Virus record (IMG/VR): IMGVR_UViG_3300030098_004514 | Coordinates: 7,277-71,276 of that record | From: a virus | DNA: 64,000 bases | Reading direction: 5' to 3' (one strand) | The notes under the pieces: generated by a model | Told to the model about the DNA's origin: nothing | The model's database searches: none | Seen by the model: the letters and a program-made list of their open reading frames with translations, nothing else | Shown: positions 1 through 12,300 of the stretch, one piece after another | Layout of the letters: the number at the start of each line of letters is the position of its first letter | Numbering within the stretch: position 1 is the stretch's first letter | Translations under genes and position numbers: made by a program

Positions 1-2
1 AA

Positions 3-290
3 GCTGAATTAGAATCTCAAAAAATGAATCAAGAGGCACAGCTTAAAAAAGAACTAATGGCTTTGGAATTCGATTATAATATGAAATTGAAAACTATGGA
101 AAACCAAACCATGAGTATGAAAGAAAAAGAAAAAGAAGATAGAAAAGATCAAAGAACAAAAATTCAAGCATCTCAACAAAGTGAAATGATTGAGCAAAGA
201 AAAAGTGGCACACCACCTAAAAACTTTGAATCCTCAGGTAATGATATATTAGATGGAGGGTTTAATTTAGGGAAATTTGAGCCTAAGTAG
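3..290 (+). CDS. Portal protein, C-terminal fragment (5' truncated by window edge)
   Basis: The frame is open from the window start. It has a coiled-coil tail (EDRKDQRTKIQASQQSEMIEQRK...NFESSGND) and lies directly before scaffold and capsid, as in crAss-like gene order. Confidence 0.6.
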   Translation, partial: AELESQKMNQEAQLKKELMALEFDYNMKLKTMENQTMSMKEKEKEDRKDQRTKIQASQQSEMIEQRKSGTPPKNFESSGNDILDGGFNLGKFEPK

Positions 291-320
291 AGAATTTATT
301 AATTATTATTATATTATATT

Positions 321-1508
321 ATGGAAGAAAAAAATGAAAACGTAGTTGAAGAAACTACACAAAAAACAACTGAAAAAGTTGAAGAAACTAAATTTAAATC
401 TGCTAATGATGATGACGTTATAAAAGTAGATTTAAGTAAACCACCAACACCAAAAGAAAAAGAAAATGAAACTAAAGAAGATAACGCTGACGACAGCGGA
501 GTGGTTGCAGAGTCTGAAAATGCCGACGCCCCACAAGAACAAGAAAAAGTACAACCGGAAACAGAAACACAAGAAACTTCAGTATTAGAAGAAATAACTG
601 AAGACTCTACCGAAGAAGAGATTGCTGATACAGAAGAAAAAATTGAAGAGGCAATTGCTGAATCTAAAGCTACCGGTGAGGCTTTACCAGAAGATATTCA
701 AAAATTAGTAGATTTTATGGAAGAAACTGGTGGAGATTTAAATGACTACGTTAAACTTAATCAAGATTATAATAAATTAGATGATCAAGATTTATTATAT
801 GAGTATTATAAACAAACAAAACCTCATTTAAACAACGAAGAAATTAACTTCCTTATGGAAGATACTTTTGCTTATGATGAAGAATCAGAAAGCGAAAAAG
901 ATATTAAAAGAAAAAAATTAGCGCTAAAAGAGCAAGTTGCCAGCGCTAAGACCTATCTGGACGGGCAAAAGTCCAAATACTATAAAGAAATTAAAGCCGG
1001 GTCAAAATTGACTCAAGAACAACAAAAAGCTATTGATTTCTTTAATAGATACAACAAAGATTCAGAAGCAACTAAAAAAACAGTTGAAAAAAACTCTGAG
1101 ATTTTTACACAAAAAACTAATCAAGTTTTTAACGACAAATTCAAAGGTTTTGAATACAATGTCGGTGATAAAAAGTATAGGTTTAATGTAAACAATGCTG
1201 ATGAAATAAAGACCGCTCAAAGCGATTTAAGCAATTTTACCAAAAAGTTTTTGGATAAAAACTCTGCTTTAAAAGACGCTAAAGGGTATCATAAGTCTTT
1301 ATTTACAGCAATGAATGCTGATGCTGTTGCAAAACACTTTTACGAACAAGGAAAAGCTGACGCTATGAAAGATAGTGTTGCAAAAGCTAAAAATGTTAAC
1401 ATGAATCCAAGACAATCTCACAAAGAGATTGAAGTTGGTGGAACTAAATTTAGAGTGTTGGGTGATAATGCTAATGATCTTAAGTTGAGAATTAAAAATA
1501 GAAAATAA
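321..1508 (+). CDS. Putative capsid scaffolding/assembly protein
   Basis: 395 aa with a very acidic, disordered N-terminal half and a helical C-terminal half (HFYEQGKADA). It sits between portal and major capsid. Confidence 0.6.
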   Translation: MEEKNENVVEETTQKTTEKVEETKFKSANDDDVIKVDLSKPPTPKEKENETKEDNADDSGVVAESENADAPQEQEKVQPETETQETSVLEEITEDSTEEEIADTEEKIEEAIAESKATGEALPEDIQKLVDFMEETGGDLNDYVKLNQDYNKLDDQDLLYEYYKQTKPHLNNEEINFLMEDTFAYDEESESEKDIKRKKLALKEQVASAKTYLDGQKSKYYKEIKAGSKLTQEQQKAIDFFNRYNKDSEATKKTVEKNSEIFTQKTNQVFNDKFKGFEYNVGDKKYRFNVNNADEIKTAQSDLSNFTKKFLDKNSALKDAKGYHKSLFTAMNADAVAKHFYEQGKADAMKDSVAKAKNVNMNPRQSHKEIEVGGTKFRVLGDNANDLKLRIKNRK

Positions 1509-1532
1509 TTAACAATTTAAAACATTTAAAAA

Positions 1533-3011
1533 ATGGCAATTTCAAGTTACGGTACAGGCACATTTGCTGCCGCGCCAATACAAGCTGCGTTGACGACTAA
1601 TTATATAGACTTCGCAACTGGATCAGGGGTAGACTGGTCACAACAATATCTACCAGATTTAATGGAAAAAGAAGTTGATATCTTCGGTAATAGAACGATA
1701 TCAGGATTTTTAGCACAAGTAGGAGCTGAGGAAGCTATGAGTTCAGACCAAGTAGTTTGGTCAGAGCAAGGTAGACTTCACTTGACTTACACTTGTCAAA
1801 TTCAAACTGCATCTTCAGGTTTAGTAGAAATACAAAATGATGTAGATGGTAACTCAATCGGCGCTAACCACGGTATTAGAGTTGGTGATCAAGTTTTATT
1901 AGCTAAAGCTGGAACAACAACTAGAGGTTATGTTGCTGAAATTAGTTTAGATTCTTCTGGATCTGCTGCAACTTCTTCTAATCAATTTATTACTGTTTTA
2001 CCTTACGCACAAGCAGAATTAGGTACAAATACCTTGTGGGAAAATGGTGATAACACTTGTAGAATTATGGTTTATGGATCTGAGCACGCTAAAGGTACTA
2101 CTGGTAAAGCTGCTGGTAATAAACCACAACACAAATCTCATACTAACAAACCAGTTATTATGAAAGACTTGTATGAGATCTCTGGATCTGATGCATCTCA
2201 AATTGGTTGGGTTGAAGTAGCTGCTGAAGACGGTACTACAGGTTACTTATGGTACTTAAAAGCTGAGGCTGAGACTAGAGCTCGTTTCGCTGATTATTTA
2301 GAAATGACTATGATTGAGTCTGCAAAAGGAGATTCTACATCTGAAATTCATGATCACACTGGTGGTTTAGGTTCAGATACTAATATTGGTACTGAAGGTT
2401 TATTCTCTGCTATTGAAACTAGAGGTCACGTTACTACTGGTGTTACTGGTGTTAACGCTGCTACTGATTTAGCTGAGTTTGACGATATATTAGCTAAGTT
2501 TGATGAGAATGGTGCTATAGAAGAGAATATGATGTTTGTTAATAGAGATACAGCTCTTGCGATAGATGATATGTTAGCTTCGATGAATTCTTACGGAGCT
2601 GGTGGTACTTCTTACGGAGTATTTAACAACTCAGAAGACATGGCACTTAACCTAGGTTTCTCTGGATTTAGAAGAGGTTCTTATGATTTCTATAAATCTG
2701 ACTGGAAATATCTTAACGATAAAGCTACAAGAGGATTTATAAACGCTTTAGATACTACTAACGCTGTTAGAGGTACTATTATACCAGCTGGTGTGTCTTC
2801 TGTTTACGACCAAGTTGTAGGTAAGAATATGAAACGTCCTTTCTTACATGTTCGTTACAGAGCTTCTCAAACTGAGTCTAGAAAAATGAAGACTTGGGTT
2901 ACTGGTTCTGTTGGAGCTGTAACATCTGATTTAGATGCAATGCAAATTCATATGTTATCTGAAAGATGTTTAGTTGTACAAGGTGGTAACAACTTCATGT
3001 TAATGAAGTAA
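1533..3011 (+). CDS. Major capsid protein (crAss-like)
   Basis: 492 aa with motifs QQYLPDL, SDQVVWSEQGRLH and LNLGFSGFRRGSYDFYK. It follows the scaffold, has strong codon bias and is followed by a terminator. Confidence 0.85.
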   Translation: MAISSYGTGTFAAAPIQAALTTNYIDFATGSGVDWSQQYLPDLMEKEVDIFGNRTISGFLAQVGAEEAMSSDQVVWSEQGRLHLTYTCQIQTASSGLVEIQNDVDGNSIGANHGIRVGDQVLLAKAGTTTRGYVAEISLDSSGSAATSSNQFITVLPYAQAELGTNTLWENGDNTCRIMVYGSEHAKGTTGKAAGNKPQHKSHTNKPVIMKDLYEISGSDASQIGWVEVAAEDGTTGYLWYLKAEAETRARFADYLEMTMIESAKGDSTSEIHDHTGGLGSDTNIGTEGLFSAIETRGHVTTGVTGVNAATDLAEFDDILAKFDENGAIEENMMFVNRDTALAIDDMLASMNSYGAGGTSYGVFNNSEDMALNLGFSGFRRGSYDFYKSDWKYLNDKATRGFINALDTTNAVRGTIIPAGVSSVYDQVVGKNMKRPFLHVRYRASQTESRKMKTWVTGSVGAVTSDLDAMQIHMLSERCLVVQGGNNFMLMK

Positions 3012-3019
3012 ACATTTTT

Positions 3020-3054
3020 AAAAGACCGGGGCTTCGGCCTCGGCCTTTTATTTT
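3020..3054 (+). terminator. Rho-independent terminator after the capsid gene
   Basis: CCGGGGC-TTCG-GCCTCGG stem with a UUCG loop, followed by CCTTTTATTTT. Confidence 0.85.
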
Positions 3055-3078
3055 ATTAATTTTATTATATATTATATT

Positions 3079-3897
3079 ATGGCAAAGAAACAAAAAACAG
3101 AAAAGGTAGAGGTACCTGTTGTTGAAACACCAGTTGTTGAAACACCAAAACCTAAGAAAGTTGAACCAAAAAAACCTGAATGGGAAATTAAAGATAGACA
3201 TTATTATCTTACTAATAATATGACTCCTTTAAGTTATTCTATTAGATCTTCAAATATTTACTATTTCGACGAAGAAAAAGGTTATGAAAGAGAACTTAAA
3301 TATTGTGTTAATCAAAAAACATGTTTTGTTGATGAAATGCAAGGTGATCAAAGATTAGAACATATAATATTCCAAAACGGAGTACTTCATGTTCCTAAAA
3401 ATAAAGTTGTTTTGCAAAAACTTTTATCGCTATATCACCCTCATAAAGAAAAGCTTTTTACAGAATACAAACCTGTCGAGGAGGCCGCTGAAGAAATAGA
3501 TATATTAGAACTAGAAATAGAAGCATTAAATGCTGCTAAAAATATGGATATTGATATGGCAGAAGCGGTTATGCGCGTAGAGATTGGTTCTAAAGTGTCT
3601 ACAATGAGTTCTAAAGAACTTAAACGTGATTTACTTATATACGCTAAGAAAAATCCAGAATTGTTCTTAGATTTAGTAAATGATGATAATGTTCAACTTA
3701 GAAACTTTGGGATTAAAGCAACAGAAATGGGAATATTAAAATTATCTTCTGATCAAAGAACTTTTTCATGGGGTTCTAATGATAGAAAACTAATGAACGT
3801 TCCATTTGACGAACATCCTTATTCAGCTTTAGCTGCTTGGTTTAAAACTGATGAAGGTATGGAAATTTATTCCAATATTGAAAAAAGATTAAATTAA
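3079..3897 (+). CDS. Conserved crAss-like structural/assembly protein downstream of the capsid gene
   Basis: 272 aa with an N-terminal Pro/Lys/Glu-rich repeat (PVVETPVVETP). Position after the major capsid gene is typical. Confidence 0.55.
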   Translation: MAKKQKTEKVEVPVVETPVVETPKPKKVEPKKPEWEIKDRHYYLTNNMTPLSYSIRSSNIYYFDEEKGYERELKYCVNQKTCFVDEMQGDQRLEHIIFQNGVLHVPKNKVVLQKLLSLYHPHKEKLFTEYKPVEEAAEEIDILELEIEALNAAKNMDIDMAEAVMRVEIGSKVSTMSSKELKRDLLIYAKKNPELFLDLVNDDNVQLRNFGIKATEMGILKLSSDQRTFSWGSNDRKLMNVPFDEHPYSALAAWFKTDEGMEIYSNIEKRLN

Positions 3898-3902
3898 TCT
3901 AA

Positions 3903-3943
3903 CTGTAGTGGTAGTCGCCCTGCGGGGCGATTACAAACTACAA
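3903..3943 (+). other. Intergenic stem-loop (processing site or attenuator candidate)
   Basis: Outer helix TGTAGT/ACTACA encloses GTAGTCGCCC-TGCG-GGGCGATTAC. There is no U-tract on the + strand. Confidence 0.6.
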
Positions 3944-3959
3944 ATCAAAATGTAATTAT

Positions 3960-4130
3960 ATGGAAGATAAAAAATCAAAAGGATTAGGCGACTCAATAGA
4001 ATGGTTTGCAAAAAAAACAGGGATTCATAGCGTGGTACAAGCAGGCGCAAAAGCTGTTGGAAAAAAAGATTGTGGTTGTGGAAAAAGAAGAGATGCTTTA
4101 AACAAGAAGTTTCCTTATAATAAAAAATAA
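3960..4130 (+). CDS. Small 56-aa protein with a DCGC motif (not in ORF track)
   Basis: Reads MEDKKSKGLGDSIEWFAKKTG...KKDCGCGKRRDALNKKFPYNKK* and fills the gap before the ORF at 4133. Confidence 0.75.
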   Translation: MEDKKSKGLGDSIEWFAKKTGIHSVVQAGAKAVGKKDCGCGKRRDALNKKFPYNKK

Positions 4131-4132
4131 AT

Positions 4133-4810
4133 ATGGTAAATATAGATACAGTATATCAAAAAGTTTTAGCTTTAGCAAATAAAGAACAAAGAGGTTATAT
4201 AACTCCTCAAGAATTTAATTTATTTGCTGATCACGCTCAAGCAGAAATATTCGAGCATTATTTTTATGAGTTAGAACAACGAATGAGGGCTCATGGAAAT
4301 TCCGAAGAGTATTCTGATACTATTGATAATCTACAGGAAAAAATAAGTATATTTGAAAGAACAAGTGCTAATAACAATACACCGGTAAACATTCCTGATT
4401 CAGTGTATCGTTTGGGATCGGTTTTTTATGGTGATATAGAGGTTCAACAAATACAAAGAAATGAACTTGGTTATATTAATAACTCTCCACTTTTAAAACC
4501 TAGATTGGTAAGGGGAAGTTGCTATTATATTAGGCAAGGTAATCAAATTAGAGTCTATCCTAGCGGTATAGAACAAGTTACTTATACTTACGTAGAAAGA
4601 CCATCAAAACCCCAATGGGCATATACTGTTATAAATGGTAACGCTATGTATCTACCAACAAATTCAAGAGACTTTACACTTCATGCTTCTGAAGAAACAG
4701 AATTGGTATATAAAATATTACGTTTAGCTGGCGTGGCTATACAAAAACAAGATATAGTGCAAACAGCTACGGGTATGGATCAATTAAATATTCAACAAGA
4801 AAAACAATAA
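4133..4810 (+). CDS. Tail tubular/ring protein (head-tail adaptor)
   Basis: The N-terminus VYQKVLALANKEQRGYITPQEFNLFA resembles crAss-like ring proteins, and synteny agrees. Confidence 0.65.
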   Translation: MVNIDTVYQKVLALANKEQRGYITPQEFNLFADHAQAEIFEHYFYELEQRMRAHGNSEEYSDTIDNLQEKISIFERTSANNNTPVNIPDSVYRLGSVFYGDIEVQQIQRNELGYINNSPLLKPRLVRGSCYYIRQGNQIRVYPSGIEQVTYTYVERPSKPQWAYTVINGNAMYLPTNSRDFTLHASEETELVYKILRLAGVAIQKQDIVQTATGMDQLNIQQEKQ

Positions 4811-4814
4811 ATAA

Positions 4815-6353
4815 ATGGCAAATTACTGGCAAGGATTAAACAATTTACCAAATCAGCATTACTACCAAGGTAATGATCATGGTAATTATCAATTTATTTC
4901 TTTAAAAGAACTCATTAATCAATTTATAATAACGTACGTCGGAGAAGGCAAGATAATATCTAAAGTAAAAAGAACAGATGTTATGTTTCATGCTCAAAGA
5001 GCTTTAGCAGAATTATCTTTTGATACTTTTAAATCTTGTAAAGCTCAAGAAATAATTGTACCAAATAGTTTACAAATGATTTTGCCTCATGATTATATTG
5101 ACTATACTAAAGTTAGTTGGGTCGACGACGCTGGTATAAAGCATGTTTTGTATCCAACAAATCTTACTTCAAATCCATTTAGTATAAATCAAAATGCTGA
5201 TGGTAATTATCTTTATGAAATAAGTAATCCTTTAGTTAGAAATAAACAGTTTAGCGTAAGCGGTGGGACGGTACAACCCCCATGGATTACAAATGGACCA
5301 CAACAAAATAAAGTTGAAATAACAGCTGGCAACGCAGGTAACATTGATTTAATTACTGTCGCTTCAGATCTTGGGGATGGCAATAATAGATTAAGATTTA
5401 GATTTTATTCTAATGAGGGTTATGGTGAGTTCACCTCTCATATATACACGGTTTGGCAAAAAATTGATGTAAGTAACCAAAACTATGTAAACTTAAGTGG
5501 AGAAGGTAAAACTAATGGTGCAGGAGGAAAAGAATTAGGAAGTACAGTGTGGCTTGGTTTAACCGCAGATGAACCATCTAGTGGCACTATATTTCAAGAT
5601 AGTTCTACCATTACATCTACAAATAAAGACCCAAATTGGTTGCAAACTATATCTGGAGATGATGCTTATTTAGAATGGACTAAAGATGTTGATACTACGG
5701 AAAATATAAAAGAATTAAAAGAAGAAGACGTTATAGACGTAAGTGCTTATGACGAAGTGTATGTTGTAATAACTAGTTGGGCTGAATACAGTGATTTTAT
5801 AGCTAACGGTGCAACAAGTGCAATTTTTTCCTATATGGATAATGTCAATGTTACTGGTGTTATGCTTGATGGTGGTATACAAACAAACAATACTTTAACA
5901 TCTACAGCTTGGGAAAATTACAAGTCCCAAACACCGTCTGAAAATACTAGTAATGATTACGAAGATGAGACTTATTGGCCATACCATGGTGAAAGATATG
6001 GTTTAGAACCGTCTCACGCTCAAGTAAATGGATCTTTTTATGTAGACTGTAGAAGAGGTAAAATAAACTTTAGCTCTAATTTATCAGGTAAAACTGTGAT
6101 ATTAGATTATATAAGCGATCATCTAGGAACAGATGCTGAAATGCAAGTACATAAATTTGCAGAAGAAGCAATGTATAAATGGATAGCCCATGCTATTTTA
6201 TCAACTCGTATGAATACTCCAGAGCAATTAGTTCAAAGATTTAAAAAAGAACGTTTTGCAGAAACTAGAAAAGCAAAACTAAGATTATCTAATATAAACT
6301 TAGAAGAAATTACTCAAATTTTAAGAGGTAAATCGAAACAAATAAAACATTAA
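4815..6353 (+). CDS. Tail ring/structural protein with a central beta-rich insertion
   Basis: Conserved-looking ends (FHAQRALAELSFD; VHKFAEEAMYKWI...AKLRLSN) flank a variable region of about 250 aa. Confidence 0.6.
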   Translation: MANYWQGLNNLPNQHYYQGNDHGNYQFISLKELINQFIITYVGEGKIISKVKRTDVMFHAQRALAELSFDTFKSCKAQEIIVPNSLQMILPHDYIDYTKVSWVDDAGIKHVLYPTNLTSNPFSINQNADGNYLYEISNPLVRNKQFSVSGGTVQPPWITNGPQQNKVEITAGNAGNIDLITVASDLGDGNNRLRFRFYSNEGYGEFTSHIYTVWQKIDVSNQNYVNLSGEGKTNGAGGKELGSTVWLGLTADEPSSGTIFQDSSTITSTNKDPNWLQTISGDDAYLEWTKDVDTTENIKELKEEDVIDVSAYDEVYVVITSWAEYSDFIANGATSAIFSYMDNVNVTGVMLDGGIQTNNTLTSTAWENYKSQTPSENTSNDYEDETYWPYHGERYGLEPSHAQVNGSFYVDCRRGKINFSSNLSGKTVILDYISDHLGTDAEMQVHKFAEEAMYKWIAHAILSTRMNTPEQLVQRFKKERFAETRKAKLRLSNINLEEITQILRGKSKQIKH

Positions 6354-6357
6354 TTAA

Positions 6358-9300
6358 ATGCCAGAAATAAAACATCAGTTTTCCTCTGGAAGAATGAACT
6401 TAGATCTTGATGAGAGATTAGTTCCCAATGGAGAATATAGAGAAGCGTTTAACATACAAGTATCATCTTCGGAAGGTTCTAACGTTGGTGTGTTACAAAA
6501 TATACTTAGTAATCAAAAGGTAAATGGCCAGTTAAATATTACTGATCATAGAATGTACACTTATAACTGTATAGGATCTGTTAGTGACGAAAAAAATGAT
6601 ACTTTATATTGGTTTGTTAGACCTAACCACCATAAAGTGGCATCTGCGATTGAATTTTTTCGAGGAATATACAATACTGATTCTACTGCTTTAGGGGCAG
6701 TAAGCACAAATGGTTTATGGCAATGGAAACCATACGCTGCTAATATACCAAACAACCCTTATACATTTGCTGTTCAAACTACCGTAGGCCAAGACATGAT
6801 ATTACAGTATACAAAAAATAGTGTTATTGAACCGGTGTTGGTAGATCAATTTGAAGTAATATGTGGTGTTGTGGATGGTTTGTATCAACTTCCAGGAACT
6901 TCAGGGGGTCAATATCTCGAATATGGAACTCTGAGGTTACAAATTGACGAAGAAGCGTATAACGCTATAGACATTGGTTGGGAATTAGATGGTTACACGT
7001 TGGGCACAAGTAATACGGGGTCAAGTTCTTCGTTAGTAAACCTTTTTAATATACACGTAGTTAAAAAATACGAAGCACCCTCTGGCGTATTTAATATTGA
7101 ATTAGCACATTATGAGGACAATATGTTTATGTCTTCGTTAAACAATTTACATATCTTTGCAGATAATATAGTTAATTACGGTATAGGTCCAGCGGGTAGA
7201 ATAAAAGCTTTGTATTTTAAAAATCCTAAACCAATAACAAACTTTAGAAACGTTCGACATATAACAGGTGTGAATATTATTGATGATATGTTATTTTGGA
7301 CTGATGACTACAATGAACCTAAAAAAATTAATATACCAAGAAGTATAAGCGGTACTTTTAGTACGGCCACACATCCTACTTACCTTATAAACGAAGCGGA
7401 TTCAATACAATTATCTGATAAAGTTAGATTAAAAGAAGAACACGCTACTGTTATTAAAAAATCACCAAATAATCCGTTGGCTTTAAATCTTGTTACTGGT
7501 AGAGAAGAACTAAGGGTGTTAGATAGTAATGACAACGTATACTATCAATCTTATTCGTCTATTATAACAACTGGTAGTTTAAATAATACGTCTGATGATA
7601 TTTTAGATATAAATGGAAATACTTCTGTAAATAGTTTTAGCTCGTTAAATGTTGGCGATAATTTTACTGTAAAATTAACAAGAGACGCTGCTGGGCACGA
7701 TGCTACAGCTGGAGATAATATTTCTTTTTTATGGGGTGCTGGTGACGTAGTTGTAATTAAAGAGTTTGACGATACAAATACTGATCCACCTAGTTTACCA
7801 TTAACAGAGTATACTATAAAAGCGACGATAGTTGGATTTAATAGTGTTAGTGTGCCTAATGTTGGTGGTTTAGTATCTAATAATACTCAATCAGCCGAAG
7901 TGACATTTATGGTTAATAGTATTCGAGGGGCTATACCCACAATAAACACTATTGCAAACACAACGGGTGAACTCCAATATGTTATAGATAAATTTGACCA
8001 AGAGAAAAATATATTTGAGTTTAAGTACCCTAGATTTGCTTATAGATACAAATATGAAGACGGTGAGTATTCTCATTTTTCGCCTTTCACACAACCAGCT
8101 TTTGTCCCTGGAGGGTTTGATTACCATCCTAAAAAAGGATATAATCTAGGTATGGTAAACAGAATAGCCTATATTGTACTCAAAAACTTTGTTTCAGACA
8201 ATATACCAAAAGATGTTATTGAGGTTGATTTATTATACAAAGACGACTCTTCCCCAATGATATACGTTATTGATAGTTTAGCCCCTGATGACGAGCAGTT
8301 TATTAATAAACCAAATTGGTGTAATGAACCTATAACCTCAGTTGGTTGGGCTCAAAAATGGAATAATTGGCAATTAAACGCTTATAAAATAACAGACGAA
8401 CAAATAAAGTATATATTACCAGAGAATCAACTTTTAAGAATATATGATAACGTGCCTAGAAAAGCACTATCTCAAGAAGTTACTGGAAATAGAATAGTGT
8501 ATGGTAATTATCTACAAAATTTTGATTTATTAAATTTGGTGGGGGAAAGGTTTACACCATATTTTCAACACGCTTTAATTGAATATGATCAAGAATATGG
8601 AAACAATATAAAAGATAGATCTATAAAATCTCTTAGAGAATATCAGCTTGGTGTTGTGTTTGTTGATGAGTTTGGTAGAGAGACACCTGTATTATCAACA
8701 TCACAAGCTACATTTAAAGTACCTAAAGATCTTTCTGATAACAATAATAGATTAAGAGTTGGAATGTCGTACGCTCCACCTGCTGCGGTTTTTGCCGATA
8801 TGAAATATTTTAAGTTTTGTATAAAAGAAACTAGTGGCCAGTGGTATAACATGGCTATGGATAGATATTATGATGCTGGAGATGGAAACGTGTGGATGTC
8901 TTTTCCTTCTGCTGATAGAAATAAAATAAAAGAAGAAGATTTTTTAATACTAAAAAAAGCCGCAGAGTCTAATGACGCAGTAATAGATCATCCCGCTAGA
9001 TATAAAGTTTTAGCTATTGAAAACGAAGCTCCAGATCATATTAAAACTACTTTTACACTAGTTGATTCAAGAACACATGGGGGAGATGTATTTACTTCCT
9101 TCTCAACACAAATTCCTAGAGGAGGTACATCTACTTTTGAAATGAAATATAATGAGTTTTACAATACTCATATTTCTAATTGGCACGAACAATTTTTAAA
9201 TAGAGCTAGTGGTGATGAGTTTTATATACAATTTGAAAACGGAGGAGAACTTTCTCAAAAATATAAAATAGCATCAATAACATGTGACGTACAATTTGAT

Positions 9301-12300
9301 GTGACTACTGGTGTTCCAACCAATCTTAATAGCGCTAGATATCACGTTAAAACCGCAATAACATTAACAGACGATGTTAACATGATATTAGATGATCCAA
9401 CTAATACGAGTCCAAATTTTGTTTTAAGTACATCAAGAATTAGAATATTTAGATCAACCGTACAAAACAAACCTGAATTTGATGGTAGATTTTTTGTAAA
9501 AATATTTACAGATGATATTTTTGATAGATTTATAAAAACCCCAAGTCGTCCTGATTTTATGGACGAAGATAATTATCAAGTAATCGCGTCTATTCCACTT
9601 AACTACATGAATAGAATGCATCACTTAATGCATGGTTCTAAAGGTGATTTTCAAGATAGTAATGGTGAAAATTACCATGCTGGTACTGGTTTGCAAGAAC
9701 CAGTTCGTTGTGCTGTAGCTAATAGTAACCTACCAGGATCTAGCGGAATACCAACTTATAATGGAACTACAGCATATGAAAACGCTTACACGCTTAAACA
9801 ACTTACAAGTAAAGTAGATCTTAACGGTGATACCGTTGAACTAGGACTCGCAACTTTCGCTCCATTCTTTAGATTATACACAAAAGCTCCAAACAACTAT
9901 GCAGATGTTTTAGATACCACTGGTGGTATAGATTATATTAAACATTACTCAATTCCTAATAATAATACAAATGGAAGTAATGGTTGGGCTGGACCTATTG
10001 GACAGTTGGCTTACAACTCTAATTGGCACCAAGGTTATGACACTAGATATGCTTTTAAATATAATGGTGATGTTGAAAATGGTGTTTGGATTGAAGAGTA
10101 TAATAACTACACCACAATACCTTGGAAAAGTTTTCACCCAATAAAATATTTAGGTAGTTTTGTTACGTCTGGTCACTATACTGGTGTTGGTGCAAGCAAT
10201 TGGACTAATCCTGTAAATCCGGGGAATTTAATGAAACCCACTGATCCACCATACGATTTAGATTCGATGAGGGATTTAACTTGGGATAACTGGTGGAGAA
10301 CAGATGGTTATAAAAAGAAATCTGATAGTTTGGCTAGAGATACAGAAATTTGGTATATAAATAATGGTTTTTCTGTTGGTAAAGAGTATTATACAAATGA
10401 CAAAAGGTGGGAAAATTTATACGGTAGTCAAGAGGGTCAAGGAATAATAATAGGATCACAATCAATAAGATTAGAAGTATCTTTAGGCGGTATATGGGGC
10501 GAACCTAAAGCTAGTATGGATGGGGATAACTATCCATCTGACCCTATGGTTGATGAAGGATTTTTTAATATAGGTAAAGTTGGTGGTAATCCATCTTATC
10601 AAGACGCTGCTACAATAGCAAAAGTCGAGGCAATGCAACCTGGCACATACTGTAGGTTTAAAGAAGACCCAACAGGTTCTATATATCAAATAATAGGTGT
10701 GTCAGAAGTTAATTATTACAACTATGCTAAATATGCTAAAGGAGCCGCTGAAGGAGACTGGAGAATGAATGATATTGCTGCGGAATCAGAGGCCAACGGC
10801 GGATATGCTTATTCTCTAGATATACTTTCACAAGCCTATGGTGGTGAGTATTATGGCTCTGGAGTAGGTACTTATACAGCCACAGCTTACGGAAGTTACT
10901 TAAATGATAAATTTGGTAATACATTTTTAGGTGATTTTTGGGCTAGAGACATTGCTAGTGGTGTGCATATGATATCTTATGATATAACAAATACAGTAGA
11001 TCGCGCTGCTGCAACCGAAATAGCTTTTCACACGCCAGATGACCCGGCGTATTGGATAACCGCTGGGGGTTCTGTTATGGTTGGAGGGACTAATATTATG
11101 GATAAGCAATCGAATAGATGCTCTTGGACAAAAAACTATTCTTATGGAGCTCAATTATCGTGTAATTTTACAAAATCTTGGAGGTTAGATTTAGTAAATA
11201 TTGATGATTCTGTACCAAATCAAATGTTATGGAACCCCACAGGTGCTACTGGCGAAGATTTTGGTCGTATATCTAACGGTGTTAAAATACCTGTATTAAT
11301 AAAAGGAGGTAACGACACTAATGGTACAACTGATCATATAGATTTAACTACTGTTGATTATGTGTTTTTTACAGATAGTATAACTAATGATGACGGTCAA
11401 ATGTTAGAAAAAGGTATGATAGCTTATAAGTTTGATACGACTTCAAATGGAACTTATGATGTGAATTTTGGTAAAGATATAGATAGTACTAACGATCATG
11501 AGAGTTTATTATACTTACAAGTAGTTGATATAATAGATTGGGGTGATGATGACCCTTACCTATTAGGAGCTGATGGTCGTTATGAAGTTGCTTTAGGTGG
11601 TTATATTAGACCACTATGTATAAATGATACTTACGATTTTGTGGACGGTGGTACAATATTATTTAGACAAGCTATAATGAATGGCTATAGTAAAAACTCA
11701 GTCGTAAAAATTTCCAGGCATATGGAGTATGACAGTGATTTTGATTGCGGTGTGTCTAACGGGGCGGATTTACAAGCGACACAATACACTTTGGAGTTTT
11801 TAAGAGCCGAGGAAGATTTAGAAGTTCCTTTGTCTCAAAACCCAGCTATTTGGGAAACAGAACCAGAAGATGGTCCAGAATTAGATATATATTACGAGGC
11901 AAGTCCACGTATACCTATAGAATTAGACACAACTACAGCTAATGATTGGATACCGACTAGATATTCTTGGAATCCTTTTCCATACGTTGTGAACACCTAT
12001 ACGGAAGACGACGGTCAAAGAATTCATAATCCAGATGGATCTCATGAAAACTCTATTATAGTGACACATAATGACGCTTCTACATCTGCATTTCTACCTC
12101 CAGAGGCTATAACGCCGTTGACAGAATTAGAAATAGTACACGTAGATGGTGATATATTAACTTTACGTTGTGATGGTAAGGCTTGGCAAGATTCTATAAT
12201 ATTTGCCGCTATGAACGTGGGAGCCTCTTCAGCGTTGATACAAACCCCACCAAAGAGAATAAGAATAAGAAGACCTGATGGAATAATATTTTCAACAGAA

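Noticed and set aside
295-323. TTATTATATTATATTATGG upstream of the scaffold gene, with a similar sequence at about 3060-3082
   Set aside because: It is low-complexity AT-rich translation-initiation context typical of Bacteroidota and cannot be told apart from chance without more copies.
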